From NCBI GenBank assembly GCA_041653495.1, contig JBAZFF010000002.1, positions 18,281 to 50,280 on the forward strand: a DNA stretch of 32,000 nt, given 5' to 3'. Of this stretch, positions 25,076 through 32,000 are shown one piece after another (the stretch's first letter is position 1; each line of letters starts with the position of its first letter). The DNA is from Minisyncoccota bacterium. GTDB lineage: Bacteria; Patescibacteriota; Minisyncoccia; Minisyncoccales; RBG-13-42-11. The position numbers and the translations under genes are program-made. Below the pieces are notes generated by a model, which did no database searches, had not been told where the DNA came from, and was given only the letters and a program-made list of their open reading frames with translations.

Positions 25076-27058
25076 ATGGAATTAATTCCAATCATAGTTT
25101 CAATATTTTCTTTGCTCTTCGCTTTTTTCCTTATAAGGGAAATAAACAAATCAAAGTCTGGCGAAGGGAAAATGGCAGAAGTCTCCCAGGCCATAAAAGA
25201 GGGAGCAGTCGCGTTCTTGAAAAGGCAGTATAAGACAGTGGCCATAGCCGCCGTAGTCATATTCGTGCTTCTTTTGATTTTTCTGGGGTTTAATACCGCC
25301 CTGGGATTTCTGATAGGAGCCGTAGCTTCCGGCTTTTCGGGATATCTGGGCATGACGGTTTCGACCAGGGCAAACGTCAAAGTGGCGGAGGCCGCAAAGA
25401 ACGGTTTGAAATCCGCCTTGAGTCTTGCCTTCAAAGGAGGGTCTGTCACAGGATTCTTGGTTGCAGGCCTGGGGCTGCTTTCCGTTTCTTCGTTTTATTT
25501 GATAACAGGGGACTTAAAAGCCTTGATCGCTTTGGGATTTGGAGGGAGCTTGATTTCCGTTTTTGCCAGGCTGGGAGGCGGAATTTATACTAAAGCCGCA
25601 GATGTCGGAGCGGACTTGGTGGGCAAGGTTGAAAAAGGGATACCCGAAGACGATCCGAGAAACCCGGCGGTAATTGCCGACCAGGTCGGGGATAACGTCG
25701 GAGACTGCGCCGGAATGGCTGCAGATTTGTTTGAAACCTACGTAGTTACGATAATCGCAGCCATGGTCTTGGGGTCTTTGATATTCCCCAATATGGCACA
25801 GGCCATATTGCTTCCTTTGATTTTAGGATCCGTAGCCATACTGGCTTCTATTATTTCAACGTTCTTTGTAAGGCTTCCCAAGTCAAACTCAATCATGGCA
25901 GCCCTGTATAAGGGAATCATGGTAGCCGGAGCCTTGTCCGCTTTGGGATTCTTCCCGATACTTTCTGATTTTACAAAGAGCATGGGAATTACCCAGTGGA
26001 GCCTGTATATTCCGGCCATAGTCGGATTATTGCTGGCCGCAGGAATGTTCGTCGTCACGGAATATTTTACGTCAAAAAGTTATTCTCCGGTGAAAGCCAT
26101 TGCCAAGGCTTCCGAATCCGGTCACGGAACCAATATTATCGCAGGATTGGCCGTGGCAATGAAATCTACTATAGTTCCGGTTATTTTGATTTCAATCGGA
26201 GTATTGGTAAGCTTCCATCTCGGGGGAATGTACGGGTTGGCGATATCCGCCGTTGCCATGCTTTCTTTGACCGGGTTGATTATTGCCATGGACTCTTACG
26301 GCCCCATCACCGATAACGCCGCAGGGATTGCCGAAATGTCAGGATTGGATCCTGAAGTGAGAAAGACCACGGATGCATTGGATTCGGTCGGGAACACGAC
26401 AAAGGCTGTGACCAAAGGATACGCCATAGCTTCGGCGGGGCTTGCAGCTTTAGTATTGTTCGCCGCTTACACCCAGGAGCTCTCGGAAATAGGAAGGCAG
26501 GTAAACTTCTTTTTGGAAGATCCCAAGGTTTTGGTAGGATTACTCTCGGGCGGAGTAGTGGCTTATTACTTTGCGTCTCTGTCTATGGAAGCGGTGGGAA
26601 AGGCGGCAGGAAAAGTAGTAGAAGAAGTCAGAAGGCAGTTTAAGGAGATCCCGGGAATTATGGAAGGGAAAGCCAGGCCGGATTATTCCAGCTGCGTAGA
26701 CATCGTCACCAAGGCAGCCTTAAAACAGATGTTGCTGCCCGCTTTGCTCCCTGTGGTATTTCCGATCTTGATTTTCGTTCTTTTGGGGGCGGAAGGTTTG
26801 GGAGGATTGCTGATAGGTTCTCTGGTGATAGGGATATTCTTAGCTATCCAGATGACTTCAGGCGGCGGAGCTTGGGATAACGCCAAGAAATACATAGAAG
26901 ACGGGAACTACGGCGGCAAGGGATCATTCGCCCACCAGGCAGCGGTGACCGGAGATACTGTAGGAGATCCCTACAAGGATACTGCGGGGCCCGCCATAAA
27001 CCCCATGATCAAAATATTGAATATCGTTGCCTTGCTGATAGTCGGATTATTGGCTTAA
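25076..27058 (+). CDS. hppA: Membrane-bound ion-pumping pyrophosphatase, K+-independent type
   Basis: [52 protein letters not shown]; [15 protein letters not shown]; [14 protein letters not shown]; [22 protein letters not shown]. Confidence 0.97.
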   Translation: MELIPIIVSIFSLLFAFFLIREINKSKSGEGKMAEVSQAIKEGAVAFLKRQYKTVAIAAVVIFVLLLIFLGFNTALGFLIGAVASGFSGYLGMTVSTRANVKVAEAAKNGLKSALSLAFKGGSVTGFLVAGLGLLSVSSFYLITGDLKALIALGFGGSLISVFARLGGGIYTKAADVGADLVGKVEKGIPEDDPRNPAVIADQVGDNVGDCAGMAADLFETYVVTIIAAMVLGSLIFPNMAQAILLPLILGSVAILASIISTFFVRLPKSNSIMAALYKGIMVAGALSALGFFPILSDFTKSMGITQWSLYIPAIVGLLLAAGMFVVTEYFTSKSYSPVKAIAKASESGHGTNIIAGLAVAMKSTIVPVILISIGVLVSFHLGGMYGLAISAVAMLSLTGLIIAMDSYGPITDNAAGIAEMSGLDPEVRKTTDALDSVGNTTKAVTKGYAIASAGLAALVLFAAYTQELSEIGRQVNFFLEDPKVLVGLLSGGVVAYYFASLSMEAVGKAAGKVVEEVRRQFKEIPGIMEGKARPDYSSCVDIVTKAALKQMLLPALLPVVFPILIFVLLGAEGLGGLLIGSLVIGIFLAIQMTSGGGAWDNAKKYIEDGNYGGKGSFAHQAAVTGDTVGDPYKDTAGPAINPMIKILNIVALLIVGLLA

Positions 27059-27065
27059 GGTTGTC

Positions 27066-27091
27066 AAAAAGGGGCCTTATGGCTCCTTTTT
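27066..27091 (+). terminator. Intrinsic terminator after hppA
   Basis: aaaaaggggcc-ttat-ggctcctttttg. Confidence 0.85.
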
Positions 27092-27096
27092 GTTTC

Positions 27097-27124
27097 TTGA
27101 CTCAGCTTACTCAAAAGATATAAT
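27097..27124 (+). promoter_or_regulatory. Near-consensus promoter for clpP; predicted leaderless transcript
   Basis: TTGACT - 16 nt - TATAAT; ATG at 27131, 6 nt after the -10. Confidence 0.85.
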
Positions 27125-27130
27125 GAAGTC

Positions 27131-27742
27131 ATGAATTTAATTCCTACAGTAATAGAAAAGTCTCAATATGGAGAAAGGGCTTATGATATCTATTCCAGGC
27201 TTTTAAAGGACAGGATAGTATTTTTGGCAGGTCCGGTTATGGACACTTTGGCCAATGCCATAATAGCCCAGCTTCTGTTCTTGGCTTCCCAGGACCCCAA
27301 GAAAGACATCCAATTGTACATAAACAGCCCAGGAGGATCGGTGACTGCAGGCATGGCGATATACGACACTATGCAGTACATAAAGCCTGATGTTTCCACT
27401 GTTTGCGTCGGAATGGCGGCTTCCATGGGAGCAGTTTTATTGGCTTCGGGGGCTAAAAACAAGAGATTCGCTCTTCCTAATTCCCAGGTATTGCTTCACC
27501 AGGTGGCAGGCGGGGTGTCGGGAGAAGCAATTGAGATTGAGATTACGGCAAAGCAGATAATAAAAATAAGGGAAAAGCTGAATACAATAATTTCAAAGCA
27601 TACGGGACAGCCTCTGGCGAAGATCCAAAAGGATACGGACAGGGACTTTTACTTGTCGGCTCAAGAAGCCAAGGAATACGGGGTGGTGGATGAGGTGATA
27701 GGTGAGAAATCAAAAAACCTTAATATTAAAAAGAGCTCTTAG
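27131..27742 (+). CDS. clpP: ATP-dependent Clp protease proteolytic subunit
   Basis: [97 protein letters not shown]. Confidence 0.97.
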   Translation: MNLIPTVIEKSQYGERAYDIYSRLLKDRIVFLAGPVMDTLANAIIAQLLFLASQDPKKDIQLYINSPGGSVTAGMAIYDTMQYIKPDVSTVCVGMAASMGAVLLASGAKNKRFALPNSQVLLHQVAGGVSGEAIEIEITAKQIIKIREKLNTIISKHTGQPLAKIQKDTDRDFYLSAQEAKEYGVVDEVIGEKSKNLNIKKSS

Positions 27743-27753
27743 GAGCTCTTTTT
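27728..27753 (+). terminator. Intrinsic terminator overlapping the end of clpP
   Basis: aaaaagagctc-ttag-gagctcttttt, perfect stem; the TAG stop lies in the loop. Confidence 0.9.
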
Positions 27754-27842
27754 GTTCTGGGGATATCTGGCGTTTGACCTTTCTTTTTAAATTACTGTTT
27801 GGTATTATATAGTAATACATTTTAAAATTAACTAAACTAAAT

Positions 27843-28088
27843 ATGGTTTTTACGCTAAAGAACATATTAAAACTAATCTTATTTCTCTGGGTAGTGTTTT
27901 CGGTCGTCTATATTTGTAACAACATTTGGACGAATTATAAAAATGTACAATTAGTCGAGGCTTATAACCAGGGTAAAGCCGATACTATAAATCTTTTAAT
28001 ACAAGAAGCTGAAAAGTGCGATGAAATTCCTGTCTTTAGCGGGGATAAGGAGATACAACTAATAGAGACAAGTTGCCTTGAAGAATAG
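27843..28088 (+). CDS. Small TM-anchored hypothetical protein, 81 aa
   Basis: LKNILKLILFLWVVFSVVYICNNIW N-terminal TM. Confidence 0.5.
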   Translation: MVFTLKNILKLILFLWVVFSVVYICNNIWTNYKNVQLVEAYNQGKADTINLLIQEAEKCDEIPVFSGDKEIQLIETSCLEE

Positions 28089-28121
28089 AAATTATTTATA
28101 TGGTATAATGCGGTAATAATT

Positions 28122-28406
28122 ATGACCAAGAAAAATAGAGTTATAATAATCGGTATTTTGATTTTGTTATTAATTATTGCGGTTATTATTATATTGAAAT
28201 TAAATAAGGGGGAGGAAACAATAGATCGTGAAGAAACTACTGAAGATTTATTAAACAGATTAACTCCCAAGACTGCGGGATCTTTGACCGAAGAAGAGCA
28301 GAAAGAAGTGAATGATTTATTGTCTGGACTTACTCCTGATAATTCAGAGAACGCAACTAGCAAACAAACGGAAATAGAAGGATTATTAAACGATCTTACG
28401 CCCTAA
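28122..28406 (+). CDS. Small TM-anchored acidic hypothetical protein, 94 aa
   Basis: VIIIGILILLLIIAVIIIL TM; repeated DLLNRLTP / DLLSGLTP / GLLNDLTP. Confidence 0.55.
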   Translation: MTKKNRVIIIGILILLLIIAVIIILKLNKGEETIDREETTEDLLNRLTPKTAGSLTEEEQKEVNDLLSGLTPDNSENATSKQTEIEGLLNDLTP

Positions 28407-28432
28407 ACAAAACTTAAATAATAATTAATCAT

Positions 28433-29362
28433 ATGAAACACACAATCTCTCTAATAATAGGAGTAGCGGTCATGAGTCTTTTTGTGGGGTACTGGGCCAT
28501 TGCTTTTACTTCCCCCACAGCTACAGCTCCAGGCGACAATGTGGCTACCCCTCTAAATACAAGTATTAATGCCCAGTCGAAGGAAGGAGCTTTGGTGCTG
28601 GGAACCAATTCGTCGGTTTCCATAGCCTTAGTAGTGTTGAACGGAAAGGTGGGAATCGGGACAACGAATCCGAGTGAGAGTCTCGAAGTGGCTGGCAGCG
28701 CAAAATTCAGAGATTCTTTTATACTAAATCCAGTTAATGCTCCTTCTTCTCCAGCGGAAGGGGAAACTTATTTTAACCAGAACGACAAATTCATTTATTA
28801 TTATAATGGTTCGTCTTGGGTCAGGATAGGAACTGCAACCGGAGATTCTTGCACCACGGGCAGTGAGTGCGGAAGCGGTTATTGTGTAGACGGCTACTGT
28901 TGTAATTCTGCCTGTAGTAGCACTTGTTATGCCTGTAACCTTGCAGGGTCCATAGGCACTTGCACTGCAGTGACAAATTATGCGGAGGATTCGGGTTGTA
29001 CTTCCACCTGCCAGGGTTGTTCTAATGGCTCTTGTACATACATTCCCAACGGATATTCAGACACTTATGGTACTGGATTGTGTAATAATACTCATTATCG
29101 TTGTGATGGATCCGGTAGTTGTACAGCTCCTATTGCTACTTCAGATATAGGTTGCGAAACTTACCTTGGCGATACTGGTTATGAGGTTTGCTCAGCTCTT
29201 GGTTTCGACGGTTGTAATGTTGGTGCTATTTGTATAAGTGGTAATTGTGCTATGCCGACATATAATTGTGCCTGTAGTTATGTTTGTGACGGCGGCTGTA
29301 GTTATCCGGGTGCTTCAAATTACTATGGTACTATCAGATGTTATAACTGGGTGTACGACTAG
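28433..29362 (+). CDS. Secreted Cys-rich surface protein with GKVGIGTTNPSESLEV motif
   Basis: N-terminal signal/TM; VVLNGKVGIGTTNPSESLEVAG; CTTGSECGSGYCVDGYCCNSACSSTCYACNLAGSIGTCTAV. Confidence 0.75.
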   Translation: MKHTISLIIGVAVMSLFVGYWAIAFTSPTATAPGDNVATPLNTSINAQSKEGALVLGTNSSVSIALVVLNGKVGIGTTNPSESLEVAGSAKFRDSFILNPVNAPSSPAEGETYFNQNDKFIYYYNGSSWVRIGTATGDSCTTGSECGSGYCVDGYCCNSACSSTCYACNLAGSIGTCTAVTNYAEDSGCTSTCQGCSNGSCTYIPNGYSDTYGTGLCNNTHYRCDGSGSCTAPIATSDIGCETYLGDTGYEVCSALGFDGCNVGAICISGNCAMPTYNCACSYVCDGGCSYPGASNYYGTIRCYNWVYD

Positions 29363-29385
29363 TAGTTTTAACAAGTGATATTGAA

Positions 29386-30561
29386 ATGGATAAAAAAGAA
29401 AAATTAAAATCACTTTTCGGCTTAATAAAAAATAAGCAGATTTTATTTTTAGTTGTAATTGTGGTTTTAATAATAGGCGCCGCATTCATTTCTAAAGCCA
29501 CTTCTTCTATCACCGATACATTTGATGATTCCTCGAAAATTGCGGGGACAACCAACGTTACTGTCAGCGGAGGGCAGATAAAGTTATCTTTGTTTGGAAA
29601 CGGACTCGCCTGCACTTCCGCCAGCCAGTGCGTGTCAGGTTATTGCGCGGATGGATACTGTTGTAACTCTGCTTGCGGTAGCACTTGCCAAGCTTGTGAT
29701 TTAACGGGAACAGTAGGGGCATGCACCACCGTTGTTGCGGGACAAGATCCGGACAGCGAATGTTCAGCTTATACTTGCACTAATTATATATACGGCTGGA
29801 ACGGGAACAGTTGCGCTAAATATTCCGGAGCGACTTCTTACAACGGGACCTGTTCGGGCTCTACTAGCTGCTCAACTGTAGCCAGTTCCTGCACTGGCGT
29901 AGGCTCTGCTTCTGCTTCTTGCGGGAGCGCGGGGTGCAATAAGGCTTGCGTAGCCAGTTCATACTATACAGGATATGATACCGTAGCTGAAGTTTGCTAC
30001 ACTGCAGACCAGCATGGTTGCAGTACGTCATATTATTGTAATTCTTCAGGAACTTGCGTGTGTAATGGTACTGGAACGGCCTGTTCCTCCGGCATACAAT
30101 GCTGTTCAGGATATTGTTATATAGATGCAGACGGGGACGGATATGCTGGTTCTTCGGGAACTGCGACCTGCAGGCCGGCGGCTTCGGCGGGAACTGACTG
30201 CTATGACGCAAATGCCAATGCAAGGCCCGGGCAGACCTCTTCCTTCACGGCTAACAGAGGAGATGGAAGCTTTGATTATAATTGTAACTCTGTTATTATT
30301 AAAGATTCAAATTGTTCAGGTACTATAAATTGTACGGGATCAGGCTCTAATCCTTGTTGCGGCGGGTATACATCCTGTAGCGCGACATCTTACACTGCTA
30401 ATTGCGGACAAGCTTGGACGAGTGGTACTTGTGTAAATACGGGTTGTGCTGGTTATTATCAATGCGTTGTGGCGAATGCCGTTTCTGGGTGCGGTTGTTT
30501 CCCAATCGGTTCAGTTAATTATACTTGTTCTACGGTCGCGAAAACTTGCGGCTGCAATTAG
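29386..30561 (+). CDS. Secreted Cys-rich surface protein, module shared with the upstream gene
   Basis: TM ILFLVVIVVLIIGAAFI; CTSASQCVSGYCADGYCCNSACGSTCQACDLTGTVGACTTV; many more Cys-rich blocks. Confidence 0.75.
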   Translation: MDKKEKLKSLFGLIKNKQILFLVVIVVLIIGAAFISKATSSITDTFDDSSKIAGTTNVTVSGGQIKLSLFGNGLACTSASQCVSGYCADGYCCNSACGSTCQACDLTGTVGACTTVVAGQDPDSECSAYTCTNYIYGWNGNSCAKYSGATSYNGTCSGSTSCSTVASSCTGVGSASASCGSAGCNKACVASSYYTGYDTVAEVCYTADQHGCSTSYYCNSSGTCVCNGTGTACSSGIQCCSGYCYIDADGDGYAGSSGTATCRPAASAGTDCYDANANARPGQTSSFTANRGDGSFDYNCNSVIIKDSNCSGTINCTGSGSNPCCGGYTSCSATSYTANCGQAWTSGTCVNTGCAGYYQCVVANAVSGCGCFPIGSVNYTCSTVAKTCGCN

Positions 30562-30563
30562 AT

Positions 30564-32000
30564 ATGCTTAATAGAAGAAATTTAATTTTAATATCTATTG
30601 TAAGCTTGATCTGCCTTTATCTCCCTGGGTTGGTTCTTGGGTATTATACTTCCGGAAGTTTTACGTCCACCAATCTATTAAGCAGTCATGCTCTTGTAGA
30701 TAATTTCTATTACGACCTTTCCGCTAAGCCGAGCGGGACTACAGCTGTCATCCAATTCAGCCGGGATAATTCCAATTGGTACAATTCTTCGGGTGTCTTG
30801 GGGGGAACGAATACTTTAAGCGTCGGAACTAATAACGTTATCAGTTTATCTTCACTGGATTGGAGGGGCAGCAGTTTCTATTATAAAGTTTCTTTCACTT
30901 CAGACGGGGCCGCCACTCCGGTTTTAGATAAAATTATTCTTGAATATTCTCCGATAAATGTTCCCACGGTAACCACGTCTGCCGCCACCAATATTGGAAT
31001 TGATTCCGCCACGGGCAATGGCATAATCTCCAGTAATGGAGGGGAAACCGTGGATATGAGAGGAGTCCAATGGGGGACAGATTCGGGCATTTACACCAGT
31101 TCTTCTACTCAGTCAGGCAGTTTCTTAGTGGGTAACTTTACTAAAGATATGGGGGATTTGGTGGTTGAAACTACTTACTATTACCAAGCCATGGCGCATA
31201 ACTCTGCCGGCTGGGGGTTCGGGGAAGAAAAAAGCTTCAGGACGGATCCTCCTCTTTGCGAGGAGCATAATGTTTCAGGATATGCCTGGTCGGAAACTAT
31301 AGGCTGGGTCAGCCTTTCCTGCACGAACGAGTCGGGAGTCGGGGCGGGGTCTAATTATGGAGTTGACATAGCGACTTCGACCGGTGTCTTCTCGGGACAT
31401 GCCTGGTCGGAAAACATAGGCTGGATTGATTTTGGAGTGGAAGGTGAAATATATCCCGGAACTCCGGAATATTCTGTCCAGGCCGCTACAGATACCGGAG
31501 AAGTGACTGGTTGGGCGACTACTTGTTCTGTATACGAATCCGGGTGTAGCGGAGACATGAAGCCCTTGGAGGAAAGAGGGGGCTGGAGCGGCTGGATACT
31601 AATGGACGGAGACGGCTCTACCGGAGTTAATATAGATTACAGTGATGGGAGTTTTTCAGGATATGCCTGGTCGGATATGATAATAGGCTGGATGGATTTT
31701 CAATATGCTTCAACTACTTTTAACCTTGCCGAGAATGCTGCCCCTTCCGCAGGTTCTCTGGACGTGAGCGGAGCAGGAGAATGCTCTTACGTTTTGCAAA
31801 TACCTACTTTCAGTTGGACATATACTGATTCTGACAATAATCCTGTAGGCACCGATCCCCAGTCAGCTTACCAAATAAGGATTGACAGCGATTCTGCTTT
31901 TGAGGTGGATGAGAACGACGATGCGGTTTTGGATTCAAACGAGTTTACCTGCACCGGGAGCGTGTGCTCCGGGGGATCTTCTGCTTCCTTCTCTCCGACA
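30564..32000 (+). CDS. Secreted protein with GYAWSE.IGWI repeats (3' end runs off window)
   Basis: ATG at 30564, frame open to the edge, signal peptide ILISIVSLICLYLPGLVLG; repeats SGYAWSETIGWVSL, SGHAWSENIGWIDF, SGYAWSDMIIGWMDF. Confidence 0.8.
   Translation, partial: MLNRRNLILISIVSLICLYLPGLVLGYYTSGSFTSTNLLSSHALVDNFYYDLSAKPSGTTAVIQFSRDNSNWYNSSGVLGGTNTLSVGTNNVISLSSLDWRGSSFYYKVSFTSDGAATPVLDKIILEYSPINVPTVTTSAATNIGIDSATGNGIISSNGGETVDMRGVQWGTDSGIYTSSSTQSGSFLVGNFTKDMGDLVVETTYYYQAMAHNSAGWGFGEEKSFRTDPPLCEEHNVSGYAWSETIGWVSLSCTNESGVGAGSNYGVDIATSTGVFSGHAWSENIGWIDFGVEGEIYPGTPEYSVQAATDTGEVTGWATTCSVYESGCSGDMKPLEERGGWSGWILMDGDGSTGVNIDYSDGSFSGYAWSDMIIGWMDFQYASTTFNLAENAAPSAGSLDVSGAGECSYVLQIPTFSWTYTDSDNNPVGTDPQSAYQIRIDSDSAFEVDENDDAVLDSNEFTCTGSVCSGGSSASFSPT

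Overview
This window looks like one contig segment from a bacterium with a compact genome. Gene content and secreted-protein style suggest Patescibacteria/CPR; that assignment is inference. Left part: a minus-strand set of surface/secretion-like proteins (Cys-rich Fn3-like repeat protein, two proteins with T4SS_pilin-like hydrophobic ends) and rsmA. Next come a plus-strand LysM-M23 peptidase and a minus-strand block of a DksA/TraR-like protein, an amidase_2-like protein, pnp, a NYN protein, rpsO and two tRNAs. A plus-strand string follows: cca, tRNA-Pro(CGG), a membrane protein, tRNA-Ala(CGC) and a solo receiver domain. From about 14.35 to 20.4 kb there is an accessory-looking island. It encodes two small ORFs, an AsnRS-like protein without an anticodon-binding domain, two class I SAM methyltransferases, an S66 (LdcA/MccF-like) peptidase and, on the opposite strand, a divergent protein that may be HisRS/HisZ-like. 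It is the best candidate here for an undescribed biosynthesis or resistance system. Housekeeping content resumes with a PD-(D/E)XK Fe-S nuclease, a PlsY-FakA-FakB-like three-part fusion, nusA, hppA, clpP and a run of secreted Cys-rich proteins reaching the right edge. The fusion could take a scavenged fatty acid to acyl-phosphate to lysophosphatidate in one polypeptide. I also read four tRNAs, several intrinsic terminators, strong TTGACT/TATAAT-type promoters that imply leaderless mRNAs, and two palindromic intergenic elements. I found no CRISPR array, rRNA or transposase. All calls are from reading motifs by eye; no searches were run.
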